NCBI GenBank assembly: GCA_041674105.1
Contig: JBAYWK010000003.1
Location: forward strand, 11,971 to 75,970
DNA length: 64,000 nucleotides
DNA from: Minisyncoccota bacterium
GTDB lineage: Bacteria > Patescibacteriota > Minisyncoccia > Phycocordibacterales > DATDWN01
Reading direction: 5' to 3'
Shown: piece by piece, positions 1-11,544 of the stretch
How the letters are laid out: every line of letters starts with the position of its first letter
Position numbering within the stretch: position 1 is the first letter of the stretch
Position numbers and translations under genes: made by a program
Notes under the pieces: model-generated
What the model was told of the DNA's origin: nothing
The model's input: the letters and a program-made list of their open reading frames with translations, nothing else
Database searches by the model: none

Positions 1-1
1 T

Positions 2-2113
2 GAAGCTAGAGAAATAATGGCCGCTGATAAAAATATACTAAAACCAGGATCTGGAGATCCCACGGTTTCAGCCAAGATGCTTGATATTGTATTGGGTTGT
101 TTCTGGATGACCAAAGAGATCTCAGGTGAAAAAGGTGAAGGTAAGATATTTTCTTCTCCAAATAACGCTATTACCGCTCATGATTTTGAAGAAGTATCTT
201 TCCGTTCAAAGGTAAAAGTTTTGCCTACAGACTCTCCAAAATACGCAGAATATCAAGGTAAATTATTTGAAACTACCGTAGGAAGACTTTTGTTCAACAG
301 TATATTGCCTAAAGATTATCCTTTCTTAAATTACACTATAGATAGAAAAAAGGTTACTTCTTTGATTGATGATTTGATAGAAAGATATGGTATAGAAAAA
401 GTTCCAAATATTATAGACAAAATAAAATCTTTTGGTTTCAAGTATGCTACTTATTCAGGTGTTACTTGGGGGTTAGATGATATAAATGTCCCAGAAGGTA
501 AGGATGCTATAGTTTTAGGAGCAAAAGAAAAAGTAAATATTATTGCTGATCACTTTAATTCAGGTCTTATTTCAAAAGATGAAAGGCTACGTCAAACAAC
601 AGAGATTTGGCACAAAGCTAAAGCTGAAGTAGAAAGTATTATGCCCCAGACATTACCTAAAGATGGTCCAGTGGCAGATATGGTTCTTTCTGGAGCCAGA
701 GGATCTATGGGAAACATTACCGCTATGGGAGGCATGAAAGGTCTGATTACAAATACGGCGGGAGAGACAATTGAGTTTCCTATTATCTCAAGTTCAAAAG
801 AAGGTTTAACTCCTCTAGAATATTTTATTACCACTCATGGAAGCCGTAAAGGTCTTACAGATACAGCTCTTAATACAGCTAAAGCTGGTTATTTGACTAG
901 AAAACTTTTCGTTGTTGCTCAAGATACTATTATTACAGAAGAAGATTGTGGAACAAAGGATGGTATTGTTATAAACAAAAAAGAGAAGGGTGGTATGGAA
1001 ATATCATTAGCTAAACATATTAAAGGAAGATTTTTGGCTCATGATGTTGTTTCTCCAAAAGGCGAAGTTTTGTTCAAAAAGGACCACTTTGTAAGTAAAA
1101 AAGATGCTCAAAAAATAGAAGATGAGGGAGTATCATCTGTTCTTGTTAGATCTCCTTTATCATGTAAAACATTAAATGGTATTTGTATTAAATGTTACGG
1201 AGTTGATCTTGGTAAAAATAAAGTAGTTGAATTGGGTGAAGCCGTTGGAACAGTTGCAGGACAAGCTATTGGAGAACCAGGAACTCAGCTCACTATGCGT
1301 ACTTTTCACCAAGGAGGTGCTGCTACAATTGGCGGGGATATTACTGCAGGTCTACCAAGGGTTGAAGAATTGTTTGAAAAAAGAAAACCAAAGAACCCAG
1401 CTGTTGTTTCTTCTGTTTCTGGAGTTGTCACATATATAAAGGTTACTCCAAAAGAAAAACTTATAACTGTTACTCCAAATCTTGAAGATAGAACAAAGAC
1501 AAAACAAACGGTTGAGTATAATGTTTCTCTAAATCGTATGATTCTTGTTAGAGTTGGTGATGAAGTTGAGAAGGGGGATATTATAACCGATGGATCGGCT
1601 GATATTGATGAATTGTTTAAATATGCAGGAAAAGATAAAACAATTGATTATGTTATTAGAGAAATAAATAAACCTTACGAATTACAAGGAGAAACTGTTT
1701 CTAGAAAACATATTGAAACTATTGTCAGACAAATGTTTGCAAGAAGAAGGATAAAGGAATCTGGCGATACCGTATTTTCTCCAGGCGATGTTGTTGAAAG
1801 CTCATTTTTGGCTGAAGAAAATGCTCGAATCAAAGAAACGGGAGGATTAGAGGCAAAATCTGATAGTGTTGTTATGGGTATTACAGAAGTCTCTCTTTCT
1901 AGGAAGAGTTTCCTTGCGTCTGCTTCTTTCCAACATACAACCAGAATGCTTATATCAAGTGCTATTAGAGGTAATCACGATGAATTAACGGGACTTATGG
2001 AAAATGTTATTTTAGGAAGACTTATCCCTGCAGGTACAGGTTTTAAAGGAAGTCCAAAATCAAAAATGATAGAAGATCTTAGACAGAATACTCAGTTTGA
2101 AAATCTAGACTAG
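2..2113 (+). CDS. rpoC: DNA-directed RNA polymerase subunit beta' C-terminal part (partial; the ORF runs off the 5' window edge)
   Basis: ORF 17..2113 has no in-frame stop upstream back to position 2. Beta' motifs are present: GEAVGTVAGQAIGEPGTQLTMRTFHQGG (trigger-loop region) and the C-terminal clamp. Confidence 0.9.
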   Translation, partial: EAREIMAADKNILKPGSGDPTVSAKMLDIVLGCFWMTKEISGEKGEGKIFSSPNNAITAHDFEEVSFRSKVKVLPTDSPKYAEYQGKLFETTVGRLLFNSILPKDYPFLNYTIDRKKVTSLIDDLIERYGIEKVPNIIDKIKSFGFKYATYSGVTWGLDDINVPEGKDAIVLGAKEKVNIIADHFNSGLISKDERLRQTTEIWHKAKAEVESIMPQTLPKDGPVADMVLSGARGSMGNITAMGGMKGLITNTAGETIEFPIISSSKEGLTPLEYFITTHGSRKGLTDTALNTAKAGYLTRKLFVVAQDTIITEEDCGTKDGIVINKKEKGGMEISLAKHIKGRFLAHDVVSPKGEVLFKKDHFVSKKDAQKIEDEGVSSVLVRSPLSCKTLNGICIKCYGVDLGKNKVVELGEAVGTVAGQAIGEPGTQLTMRTFHQGGAATIGGDITAGLPRVEELFEKRKPKNPAVVSSVSGVVTYIKVTPKEKLITVTPNLEDRTKTKQTVEYNVSLNRMILVRVGDEVEKGDIITDGSADIDELFKYAGKDKTIDYVIREINKPYELQGETVSRKHIETIVRQMFARRRIKESGDTVFSPGDVVESSFLAEENARIKETGGLEAKSDSVVMGITEVSLSRKSFLASASFQHTTRMLISSAIRGNHDELTGLMENVILGRLIPAGTGFKGSPKSKMIEDLRQNTQFENLD

Positions 2114-2175
2114 ATTAGACCAGATAAGGTAAGTGTTCGTCGGGACTTTATTCAGTGAATTAAAACACATGGTAT

Positions 2176-3897
2176 ATGTCATCATCAGTCGAACAAATAA
2201 AATCAAAAATAGATATAGGCTCACTTATCGGTTCCTATATAAAACTAGAGAAAGCAGGGTCTAATTTTAAAGGCAGGTGTCCTTTTCATAATGAGAAGAC
2301 GCCTTCCTTTTTCGTATCTCCAGATAGAGGGACTTATTATTGTTTCGGCTGTCATGCAAAAGGAGATATTTTTAGTTTCATCCAAGAGTTTGAAGGACTT
2401 GATTTTGTTGGAGCCTTAAAAAATTTAGCTGAGAGAGCTGGTGTTAAATTGGAGAAATATGAGTCTGGCCTTAAATCAGATAGAGACAAGTATTATTCAA
2501 TAATAGAACAGGCTGTCTTGTTTTATCAAAAAATATTTGGAGAATCTCTAGAGGCTAAAAAGTATATGGAAGAAAGAGGGGTTTTAGATAGTACTATAGA
2601 TAGTTTCCGTATAGGTTATGTGCCACTAGATTGGAGACAGCTCTTTGATCATTTAAGTTCAAAAAATGTTTCTGCTGATGATATGCTTAAAGTCGGTCTC
2701 ATAAAAAAGAAAGAAGGTTCTGAAAGTATGTATTATGATACCTTTAGAGGAAGAATAATGTTTCCTATAATGGATTCATCTGGCAGAGCGGTTGGTTTCT
2801 CAGGTAGGATTTTAGTTTCAGATCCAAAATCTCCAAAGTATTTAAATAGTCCTGATACTATTCTATTTAATAAGTCAGAGGTTCTTTTTGGTTTGGATAA
2901 AGCCAAGAGTGAAATAAAAATAAAAGATTATTCAATATTGGTTGAAGGACAGATGGATTTAATAATGCTTCATCAATCAGGTATAAAAAATACAGTAGCT
3001 TCGTCAGGGACAGCTTTATCTTCTGGACACCTTGTAACACTTAGGAGGTTCTCAAATAGAATAGTTATGTGTTATGACGGTGATGAAGCAGGGTTTTTGG
3101 CATCAAACAGGAGCGCTCATTTAGCCTTATCTTTGGATATGGAATTAAAAATAGCTGAAATGCCAAAAGGGAAAGACCCGGCTGATCTGAGTAAAGAAGA
3201 TAAAAATGAACTCATCTCTCGTCTAAAAAATTCTAAACATATTATAGATTTCTATGTAGATCATTTATTATCAAAAGATTTAGACCCAATAGCCTTAGGA
3301 AAAGAAATAAATCGCAGTATATTGCCATACGTTTCTTTACTTAAAAGTACAATAGATAAATCCAATTTTATAAAAAATATAGCCAAGAAGACTTTTATAA
3401 AAGAGGATGCCTTGTGGGAAGATTTAAAAAATATAAATATTCCTAATGTTCCATCTGACAAAGCAGTTTTGTCTAGAGAGAGAAAATCAGGTGGAACAGA
3501 GAGGAGGATTGTCGGAATTATTTTATGGCAAGAGACTCTAAAACCTTCTAGTTTAAAAGTAGAGGAAATCCGAGAAAAATTTATTTCTATTTTAGGAGAT
3601 GAAGAAGCTAAAAAAATATTTGAATTTCTAGAAAAAGATAAGGAAATGTTGCTTTTTGAAACGGAGAGTTTTTATAATGGGGTTGATTATTTAGAAAAAG
3701 ATGTGGGAGAATTGTTGATAGGATTGGAAGAGGATCTTTTAAAGAAAAAATTTACTGAGACAATGATTTTATTACAAAAGGCAGAGCAAAATAAAAATAA
3801 ACCAGAAATATTAAAATATTTGGAAGAATGTCAGATTATTTCCCAAAAAATCAATAATTTAAAATACAAATATGAAAACAAATATGAAAACAAATAA
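2176..3897 (+). CDS. dnaG: DNA primase
   Basis: CHC2 zinc finger [11 protein letters not shown]...[11 protein letters not shown] and a Toprim region ([18 protein letters not shown]). Conserved rpoC..dnaG-rpoD context. Confidence 0.9.
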   Translation: MSSSVEQIKSKIDIGSLIGSYIKLEKAGSNFKGRCPFHNEKTPSFFVSPDRGTYYCFGCHAKGDIFSFIQEFEGLDFVGALKNLAERAGVKLEKYESGLKSDRDKYYSIIEQAVLFYQKIFGESLEAKKYMEERGVLDSTIDSFRIGYVPLDWRQLFDHLSSKNVSADDMLKVGLIKKKEGSESMYYDTFRGRIMFPIMDSSGRAVGFSGRILVSDPKSPKYLNSPDTILFNKSEVLFGLDKAKSEIKIKDYSILVEGQMDLIMLHQSGIKNTVASSGTALSSGHLVTLRRFSNRIVMCYDGDEAGFLASNRSAHLALSLDMELKIAEMPKGKDPADLSKEDKNELISRLKNSKHIIDFYVDHLLSKDLDPIALGKEINRSILPYVSLLKSTIDKSNFIKNIAKKTFIKEDALWEDLKNINIPNVPSDKAVLSRERKSGGTERRIVGIILWQETLKPSSLKVEEIREKFISILGDEEAKKIFEFLEKDKEMLLFETESFYNGVDYLEKDVGELLIGLEEDLLKKKFTETMILLQKAEQNKNKPEILKYLEECQIISQKINNLKYKYENKYENK

Positions 3898-5146
3898 AAA
3901 AATATCCCCGAAAAAAATTGTAAAGAGTAAACCAAAGGCCCAGAAGAAACCCCTAAAGAAGAAAATAAAGAAAGTTTCTGCTCTTAAAACTAAAACAAAA
4001 AAGAAACCTAAAAAACTTCTAGCTATTTCAACTAGAAAAATAACAGTTGAAAAGAAGTTAAAGAAAGAAGACCGACATAAAGAAAGTTTAGAAAAGTTGG
4101 TAACTAAAGGAAAAGAGAGAGGGTATGTAACTTACGATGAAATTTTGAAAGAATTTCCTCATGTTGAGGAAGACATTATGTTTTTAGATGAATTGTATGA
4201 GAGATTGAGTTCTTCTGGTGTAGATATTTTAGAAGGAGGAGGACTTTTAGAAGTTCCATTAGATGATTTGATTAGTAAAAAATATCCTTATTCTCCTAGA
4301 GGAGATTCTTCTTATGATTCAATACAGATGTATCTGAAAGAAATTGGTCAGTATCCTCTAATATCTGGTAGTATGGAAAAAGATTTGGCTAAGAGGATAG
4401 AACAAGGAGATGAGGAGGCTAAAAACCTATTAGCTAGAGCAAACTTAAGGCTTGTTGTCTCTATTGCCAAAAAATATGTAGGAAGGTCTGCGGATCTGAC
4501 TTTGTTAGACCTTATTCAAGAAGGTAACTTGGGTTTGTTTAAAGCTGTAGACAAATTTGATTGGACAAAGGGTTATAAGTTTTCAACTTATGCAACTTGG
4601 TGGATAAGACAGGCAATAACCAGAGCTCTGGCTGACCAATCTCGTACTATTAGGGTGCCAGTTCATATGGTGGAAACTATAGCTAAATATAAACAAGTTG
4701 TCAGAAGACTTTCACAAGATCTCGGAAGAGATCCTTTACCAGAGGAAATTGCCACAGAAATGAATCTGCCTGTTGATAAAGTTTATACGATAGAAAAAAT
4801 AGATCAGAGTACTGTTTCGCTAGAAGCTCCAATCGGTGAAGAAGGAGATGAAAGCAAGTCTAAACTTGGAGACTTTCTCGCTGATGAAAAAATTCTCTCT
4901 CCTGAGCAAGAATCTGCAAGAAGAATTATCTCCGATCAAGTCAAAGAAATACTAAATGATTTACCTGAAAAAGAAAGAAGGATATTGGAAATGCGTCATG
5001 GACTTCTTGACGGAGTTCAGCATACACTAGAGGAAGTAGGTAAAGAGTTTGGTGTCACCAGAGAGCGTATTCGTCAGATAGAGGCAAAGGCTCACGAGAA
5101 AATCCGTCAGCACGATAAAATAAACCGTTTAAAGAATTACTATTAA
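3872..5146 (+). CDS. rpoD: RNA polymerase sigma-70 factor with a lysine-rich N-terminal extension
   Basis: Sigma region 2 ([39 protein letters not shown]) and region 4 HTH ([19 protein letters not shown]). Immediately follows dnaG. Confidence 0.9.
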   Translation: MKTNMKTNKKISPKKIVKSKPKAQKKPLKKKIKKVSALKTKTKKKPKKLLAISTRKITVEKKLKKEDRHKESLEKLVTKGKERGYVTYDEILKEFPHVEEDIMFLDELYERLSSSGVDILEGGGLLEVPLDDLISKKYPYSPRGDSSYDSIQMYLKEIGQYPLISGSMEKDLAKRIEQGDEEAKNLLARANLRLVVSIAKKYVGRSADLTLLDLIQEGNLGLFKAVDKFDWTKGYKFSTYATWWIRQAITRALADQSRTIRVPVHMVETIAKYKQVVRRLSQDLGRDPLPEEIATEMNLPVDKVYTIEKIDQSTVSLEAPIGEEGDESKSKLGDFLADEKILSPEQESARRIISDQVKEILNDLPEKERRILEMRHGLLDGVQHTLEEVGKEFGVTRERIRQIEAKAHEKIRQHDKINRLKNYY

Positions 5147-5164
5147 ATTTCATAGATTATTTTT

Positions 5165-5194
5165 AAAACCCAGCTAAATTATTAGCTGGGTTTT
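5165..5194. terminator. Rho-independent terminator (bidirectional palindrome) after rpoD
   Basis: CCCAGCTAA-atta-TTAGCTGGG stem flanked by AAAA and TTTT. Confidence 0.7.
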
Positions 5195-5223
5195 AAAAAT
5201 ATTATTCGTGTTATTCTATACTT

Positions 5224-8166
5224 ATGCTTAAAAACGAATTGGATCTCATTTTTGAGAAAAAATATAAAAGCTTAAATAATAAGCAAAAAATGGCGGTTGA
5301 TGCTATAGAGGGGCCTGTAATGGTCATAGCAGGTCCTGGTACGGGCAAGACGACCATTTTAACTCTTAGGATAGGAAATATACTTAAAAAAACAGATAAC
5401 CCTGCTTCGGGCATTTTAACACTTACTTTTACTGATGCTGGAGTAAAAGCTATAAAAATGAAACTTCGTGAGATAATAGGAAGTAGGGCAGATGATGTTA
5501 GAATTCATACTTTCCATAGCTTTGCTTCAAGTATTATTTCAGAATTTCCTGAACATTTTCCTCATCTATCAAAATCAAAACAAATTACTGATGTAGAAGC
5601 TGAGTCAATGATTAGGGATATTTTGAAAAATAAAAAATTTGCAAAACTTAGACCTTTGGGCGATACGGATTTTTATATACATAAAATATTGAGTGCCATA
5701 GGAGATTCTAAAAAAGAGGATTGGGATCCAGAAATTATAAGAAAATTTGCAAAAGAAGAAATTGATAGAATAGAAAATGATCCAAGTTCTTTATCTAGTA
5801 GAGGTGCTAGTAAAGGTAGTTTAAAAGCAGATAGCTTGAAGAGAATAGAAAGGTGTCAGAGGACTATTTTGTTTGCTGATGTTTTTGAAGAATATGAATT
5901 GAGTAAGATAAGTAATAAAAAGATAGATTATGATGACCTGCTAGTTGAACTGAATAAATCACTTAAAAATGACGAGTTACTTTTGAGATTGCTCCAAGAA
6001 AAATTTTTATATATTCTTGTAGACGAACATCAGGATACAAATGACTCGCAAAATTTAATTGTCTCTATGCTCTCTAATTTTTTTGAAACTCCAAATATTT
6101 TTGTAGTCGGTGATGAGAAACAAGCTATATATCGTTTCCAAGGAGCTTCGGTCGCGAACTTTCTTAGATTTCAAAATATATGGAAAGATATGAAGGTTAT
6201 TTCGCTAGAGGAAAATTATCGTAGTCATCAAGATATTTTGGATGCTACTTTTAAGATGATTGAACAAAATTATGAAGAAGGAGATTTAGAAGATCTAAGA
6301 GTAGAATTGAAATCAGGATTAAAAAAAGAAAAAAGACCAATAGATGTTATCTTTTCAGGCGATACTGATTCGGCAGATGCTTATCTCATAGAGGAACTCC
6401 AAAATATTTCTAAAAATGAACCTGAGGCAACCGTAGCTGTAATATTGAGGTGGAACAGAGATGTAGACCATATTTTGTCTTTATGTGAGTCACATGGAGT
6501 ATTTGTTTCGGCCGAGCGTGGCGCAGATATATTTTCTCATCCTTTGGGCAGTTTGTATTTTAAGATATTAGAATACTTAAGTGACCCATCAAAAACAGAT
6601 AGTCTAACTGAAACTATTGCACTAAATCTTTGGGGTCTAGATTTTGAAAAATCAAATAATCTAATTAAAAGAATCAGGAGTGGAAATATAAAAGATATTG
6701 AAAAAGAGATAGAAGTCCTTTCTGTCTTGCATAAAGAAATAAATATACTGAGCCCGATTGCTTATTTGATCTTTGTAGGTGAAGTTTCAGGGCTCATCTC
6801 TCCTGACAAAATGACCGACCCTCTGTCTGTAGAAGTTTGGAGGGGAATTATAGATTTAGCCAGAAATATCGCCGGGAACTCTAAAATAGAAAATTCTTTT
6901 GATTTAATAAAGGAGTTATTAGATTACAAAAAAACTTCTGAAAATAAAGTCATAAAAATAGGTAGTGGATCAGTAGATGCAAAAATACAAATAATGACAG
7001 CTCACTCTTCCAAAGGTTTAGAATTTGACTATGTTTTCGTTCCTTATGCTTTAGAAGAATATTGGATAAGGCGACCTCAGTCTGGAGCCTTTGTTCTTCC
7101 TAGAGAGGAAGATAATAGTGACGATATAAAAGATTCAAGGAGGCTTTTTTATGTAGCTTTGACTAGAGCCAAAAAACATCTTGTTATAATTGTCCCAACA
7201 AATGATAATCTAGGTAAAGATTTTACTCCACTCAGATTTGTGGAAGAGTTGCATCCGGGTAGTGTTAATAAGATAGAAGCTCCGCAAATAAAGAGTCTAC
7301 CAAAAATACTAAAAGGCGAAAGCTTGAATTCCCACAGAAAGTCGGAATTGGTTGAATATTCAAAAAGAGTTTTAATTGAGAACGGTTTATCTGTCACAGC
7401 TTTAAACCATTTTATGAAATGTCCGAGCGAGTTTCTTTATAAAAGTATATTAAAAGTTCCGGAAGCACCAAATGCGAGTTCTGAAAAAGGTACGGCTATG
7501 CATAAAGCTATGTCTTCTGTCTGGGCGAATGAAGACAAGAGAGTTTCTTCTATAACGAAAACAATAGAAGATTCTGTTAAATCTTATTTTGAAACGTCTC
7601 TCTTGCCAAAAGCAGAAAAGGAAATCATATTAGAAGAATTGATTTTATCTGCCGGAAGTATTGCAAAATCTTTGGAGAATCATTTTTCTATGAAAGGCAC
7701 TGTGCAAACTGATAAATGGATGGATTTTATATTTAAAACAAAATATAAAAATAAACAAATAGAATTAAAATTACATGGACAGTTAGATGTTTTAGTTTTT
7801 GAAGGTGAAAATAGTTTTGTTTTTGATTATAAAACAAGACAAGTTATGTCAGAGAATGCTATAAAAGGAGAAACTAAAAATACAGACGGTAATTATTTTA
7901 GACAACTTATTTTTTATAAAATTTTGGTAGAAGGTAACAGTCAGTTTGCTGGTAAAAATATGGAACTAGCTTTAGTTTTTATCAAGCCAGATGAAAAAGG
8001 ACGTTGTCCTGTAGTATCTATTTCTGTATCAAAAGAAGATGCAGATAAAGTAAAAGACGAAGTTTCTTATCTTTTGGAAAATGTCTATTCTGGAGAGTTT
8101 TTGGACAGAGTTTGTGATGATCCAGATTGTAAATGGTGTCCTCTTAAAAAGTATTCAATAAAATAA
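5224..8166 (+). CDS. UvrD/PcrA-family SF1 helicase fused to a C-terminal RecB/AddB-like nuclease domain with a Cys cluster
   Basis: Walker A AGPGTGKTT and DExQ-like VDEHQDT. C-terminal PD-(D/E)xK-like FVFDYKT and CDDPDCKWCP. Confidence 0.8.
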   Translation: MLKNELDLIFEKKYKSLNNKQKMAVDAIEGPVMVIAGPGTGKTTILTLRIGNILKKTDNPASGILTLTFTDAGVKAIKMKLREIIGSRADDVRIHTFHSFASSIISEFPEHFPHLSKSKQITDVEAESMIRDILKNKKFAKLRPLGDTDFYIHKILSAIGDSKKEDWDPEIIRKFAKEEIDRIENDPSSLSSRGASKGSLKADSLKRIERCQRTILFADVFEEYELSKISNKKIDYDDLLVELNKSLKNDELLLRLLQEKFLYILVDEHQDTNDSQNLIVSMLSNFFETPNIFVVGDEKQAIYRFQGASVANFLRFQNIWKDMKVISLEENYRSHQDILDATFKMIEQNYEEGDLEDLRVELKSGLKKEKRPIDVIFSGDTDSADAYLIEELQNISKNEPEATVAVILRWNRDVDHILSLCESHGVFVSAERGADIFSHPLGSLYFKILEYLSDPSKTDSLTETIALNLWGLDFEKSNNLIKRIRSGNIKDIEKEIEVLSVLHKEINILSPIAYLIFVGEVSGLISPDKMTDPLSVEVWRGIIDLARNIAGNSKIENSFDLIKELLDYKKTSENKVIKIGSGSVDAKIQIMTAHSSKGLEFDYVFVPYALEEYWIRRPQSGAFVLPREEDNSDDIKDSRRLFYVALTRAKKHLVIIVPTNDNLGKDFTPLRFVEELHPGSVNKIEAPQIKSLPKILKGESLNSHRKSELVEYSKRVLIENGLSVTALNHFMKCPSEFLYKSILKVPEAPNASSEKGTAMHKAMSSVWANEDKRVSSITKTIEDSVKSYFETSLLPKAEKEIILEELILSAGSIAKSLENHFSMKGTVQTDKWMDFIFKTKYKNKQIELKLHGQLDVLVFEGENSFVFDYKTRQVMSENAIKGETKNTDGNYFRQLIFYKILVEGNSQFAGKNMELALVFIKPDEKGRCPVVSISVSKEDADKVKDEVSYLLENVYSGEFLDRVCDDPDCKWCPLKKYSIK

Positions 8167-8862
8167 TTATTGAGCCAATAGAGAATCTATTGCTTGTTTT
8201 AGATTTGTATAAGGAAGGGCTCCTTCTACAGGTATCTTTTCTCCTGTACTTTTAATGATTACTATCGAGTGAGGAGTGCCTTGTCCACCTGTTCGGACTG
8301 CCTCTTGATAGTCTGCTTCTATTTTATCTGCAAATTTACCACTTTGGAGGCATTGATTAAATGTATCTAGGGGTAAACCTATATCACTAGCTATTTTAGG
8401 TAATTCTTCTACCGGTAGACCATTATTTGATGGTGTTCTGTCATATATAGCATTTGTATATTCCCAAAATTTATTATTTCCACCTATTTCCCTAGCACAT
8501 TCTGTAGCCTCGGCTTCTTTTCTGGCTTTAGGATGGAGCCCGTCTATAGGGAAGTGTCTGTAAACCCAAGCAACTTTACCAGAAGGTCCATATTCTGCTA
8601 CTAACTGGTTTAATGTTTTATGGAAATCTTTACAATAAGGACACTCTGTATCTGAATATTCTACTATAACTATGTCAGCATTTGGGTTTCCAAGGATGTG
8701 GTCATCTGAAGTAACAGGTCTGCTTGCTTCTGGCCCTGTGGCTAGAAGCAGGTTATTTCCTGGAGCTTCTGAGGGTTTTTTACCAGATAGATATATGGAT
8801 CCGCCTATTATTAATCCTGCGATTATTATTGCGATTGGTACTGTAAATTTATTTGTATCCAT
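8167..8862 (-). CDS. DsbA-like thiol:disulfide oxidoreductase, membrane anchored
   Basis: N-terminal TM segment and thioredoxin-fold CPYC active site (SDTECPYCKDFH). Confidence 0.75.
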   Translation of the reverse strand: MDTNKFTVPIAIIIAGLIIGGSIYLSGKKPSEAPGNNLLLATGPEASRPVTSDDHILGNPNADIVIVEYSDTECPYCKDFHKTLNQLVAEYGPSGKVAWVYRHFPIDGLHPKARKEAEATECAREIGGNNKFWEYTNAIYDRTPSNNGLPVEELPKIASDIGLPLDTFNQCLQSGKFADKIEADYQEAVRTGGQGTPHSIVIIKSTGEKIPVEGALPYTNLKQAIDSLLAQ

Positions 8863-8886
8863 ATTTTTTCTATTTATTTTTAATGT

Positions 8887-9693
8887 GTGCTAGAATTATA
8901 TCTCATGACACCTTTTGAGGCAATCATACTTGGAATAGTTCAAGGAGCGACAGAATTTTTGCCCATTTCATCTTCTGGTCATCTAATTATAGCCAGATCA
9001 TTTTTGCACCTACCATTGGAACACACTTTAACTTTTGACGCCATACTTCAGTTTGCTACGGTCATAGCTTTAGTAATATATTTTTGGAAAGATATTTGGA
9101 ATGTTTTTGTATCTATCCTAAGAAGTCTGTCAGGATTTTATGTTAGTAAAAATGAAAAGATTTTGTCTTGGTCTATTGTTATAGGAACAATACCAGCTGT
9201 AATACTAGGTCTTCTTTTGGAATCTTATATGGAAACTATTTTTAGAGATATTTTTCTTGTATCTATTACTTTAATTGCTGGAAGTATTTTAATGTATGTT
9301 GCTCAATATTTTGGCAAACAAGACAAAGAGATTTCTTTAGGTAGGGGACTTATCATAGGTCTTTTTCAAAGTCTAGCTCTTGTTCCGGGCATTTCCCGTT
9401 CTGGTTCAACAATATCTGGGGGACTTTTTTCCGGGCTTCCAAGAAATGAAGCCGTTAGGTATAGTTTTGTTCTTTCTATTCCTATTTTACTAGGTTCTGG
9501 AGCAAAAAAACTTTTGGAAGTTGATTTTGTCGGCTCCTTATTTGATCTAAATCTTTTACTTGGTTCTATCACAGCATTTCTCGTAGGATTTTTAGTCATC
9601 CATTATTTTATAAAATATATGAAGCATCACAATCTAAATATTTTTATAATATATAGAATTGTTCTAGCAATCTTAATTCTACTTGTATTTTAG
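8887..9693 (+). CDS. uppP: Undecaprenyl-diphosphatase (UppP/BacA)
   Basis: IVQGATEFLPISSSGHL and PGISRSGSTISGG motifs, polytopic membrane protein. The true start may be the second Met (about 8905). Confidence 0.85.
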   Translation: MLELYLMTPFEAIILGIVQGATEFLPISSSGHLIIARSFLHLPLEHTLTFDAILQFATVIALVIYFWKDIWNVFVSILRSLSGFYVSKNEKILSWSIVIGTIPAVILGLLLESYMETIFRDIFLVSITLIAGSILMYVAQYFGKQDKEISLGRGLIIGLFQSLALVPGISRSGSTISGGLFSGLPRNEAVRYSFVLSIPILLGSGAKKLLEVDFVGSLFDLNLLLGSITAFLVGFLVIHYFIKYMKHHNLNIFIIYRIVLAILILLVF

Positions 9694-9769
9694 TCTTATT
9701 TTAAGCCATATTTTATATAACATAAAATATATTGATTTCTTAATTACAAAATAATAGACTGAGTTATCT

Positions 9770-11539
9770 ATGAAAAAACATAAAACAGAATGGGACCTAA
9801 GCCTTCTATATAGAAACAATAAAGATCCTAAGATAGAAAAAGATATTAAGGAGATAGAAGGACTGTGTAATAATTTTGAGATTAAATATAGAAATAAGGA
9901 TTTTACATCTTCACCTAAAAAACTTCTGATAACTTTAGTTGATTTTAATAAACTTCTTGAAAAATTAGAAAGAAACAAATCTTGGTGGTATTTTGCTCTT
10001 AAGGTTAGGTTGAATTCCTCTGACCAGTTTTCAAGTGCTTCTTCTACAAAATTAAGCGCACGTATTACTGAAGCTTTCAATAAGATAATGTTTTTTAATC
10101 TAGAAATAGGAAAAATAAACAAGAAAGATCAAAATAAATTTTTAAATAACCCGATGCTTACTGAGTTTAGGTATGTTCTACAGGTTATTTTTAAAAAATC
10201 AGAATTCAAATTGTCAGAAAAAGAAGAGCAAGTGATAGACCTTCTTTCCGAGACAAGTTATGGTATGTGGGTAAAAGGCTCAAGTAAGTTAGTTAACGAA
10301 CAACAGGTAATTTATAAAAATAAAAAGATTCCACTTTCTGAAGCTATATCTATTATGTCTGATTTAGAAACAAGAGATAGAAGGATTCTTGGACAAAAAA
10401 TAAATCAGTCATTAAAATCAGTTTCTCATTTTGCAGAAGCTGAAATAAATGCTGTTTACAATTACAAAAATATTTTAGACAAGCGCAGAGGTTATAAAAA
10501 ACCTTATAGCAATACAATACTGAATTATAAAAATAACGAGGAGACAATAGAAAAACTGGTTAAATTGGTTACAAAGTATTTTTCTTTAAGTAAAAGATTT
10601 TATAGTATACAAGCAAAAATTTTAAAGAAGAAAAAGTTAACTTATTCTGATAGGGTGGCAAGTATAGGTAAAATAAATAAAAAATTTGACCTAAAATCAT
10701 CAATAGAAATCGTTATGGAATCTTTCAATAAGATTGATCCAAAATACGGTAGAATAGTTTCTATGTTTTTTGAAAATGGGCAGGTTGATGTTTACCCAAA
10801 AAAAGGAAAATCTGGTGGAGCATTTTGTTGGGGAATGGGTGATTTGCCTGTTTTTGTTTTTTTAAATCATACAGACGACATAAGATCTGTTGAAACTTTA
10901 GCTCATGAAATGGGTCATGCCATACATACTGAACTATCCAAATCTCAACCTGTTCAGTATAGGGATTACTCTATGGCTGTTGCCGAAGTGGCTAGCACAT
11001 TTTTTGAACAGGTTGTCATAGACGAACTTGAAAAATATTTATCTGATGATGATAAAATAATATTACTTCATAATAAAATTAAGGGTGATATTTCAACTAT
11101 ATTTAGACAAATTGCTTGTTTCAATTTTGAACTTGAACTTCATAATAAAATAAGAGAAAAAGGTGAACTTTCAAAGGAAGAAATGGCAAGTCTTCTTGCT
11201 AAACACATGAGGGCTTATTTAGGAGATATTGTAGAAGTTACAGAAGATGATGGTTATCAGTTTGTAAGCTGGTCTCATATCAGAAGGTTTTTTTATGTAT
11301 ATTCATATGCTTACGGACAACTTATAAGTCGGTCATTGTTTGAAAATTGGAAGAAAGACAAATCTTATGCGATAAAGATTGAGAAATTTTTAAGTAGTGG
11401 TGGTTCAATGAGTCCTGAGGATATATTTAACAAAGCTGGTATAGATACTACTGATATGAAATTTTTTGAATCAGGTATAAAAAGTATAAAGAAAGATATA
11501 GATAAGTTGGAGAAAATATCTTTAGGAAAAAGTCTTTAG
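9770..11539 (+). CDS. pepF: Oligoendopeptidase F (M3B family)
   Basis: HEMGH zinc-binding motif (LAHEMGHAIH), about 590 aa, M3-like architecture. Confidence 0.8.
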   Translation: MKKHKTEWDLSLLYRNNKDPKIEKDIKEIEGLCNNFEIKYRNKDFTSSPKKLLITLVDFNKLLEKLERNKSWWYFALKVRLNSSDQFSSASSTKLSARITEAFNKIMFFNLEIGKINKKDQNKFLNNPMLTEFRYVLQVIFKKSEFKLSEKEEQVIDLLSETSYGMWVKGSSKLVNEQQVIYKNKKIPLSEAISIMSDLETRDRRILGQKINQSLKSVSHFAEAEINAVYNYKNILDKRRGYKKPYSNTILNYKNNEETIEKLVKLVTKYFSLSKRFYSIQAKILKKKKLTYSDRVASIGKINKKFDLKSSIEIVMESFNKIDPKYGRIVSMFFENGQVDVYPKKGKSGGAFCWGMGDLPVFVFLNHTDDIRSVETLAHEMGHAIHTELSKSQPVQYRDYSMAVAEVASTFFEQVVIDELEKYLSDDDKIILLHNKIKGDISTIFRQIACFNFELELHNKIREKGELSKEEMASLLAKHMRAYLGDIVEVTEDDGYQFVSWSHIRRFFYVYSYAYGQLISRSLFENWKKDKSYAIKIEKFLSSGGSMSPEDIFNKAGIDTTDMKFFESGIKSIKKDIDKLEKISLGKSL

Positions 11540-11544
11540 CAGTT

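Noticed and set aside
592-3461. Short antisense/internal ORFs inside rpoC and dnaG (592-834 -, 1227-1439 +, 3261-3461 -), and similar ones inside other core genes throughout the track
   Set aside because: They lie fully within well-supported long genes, have low-complexity products and no RBS.
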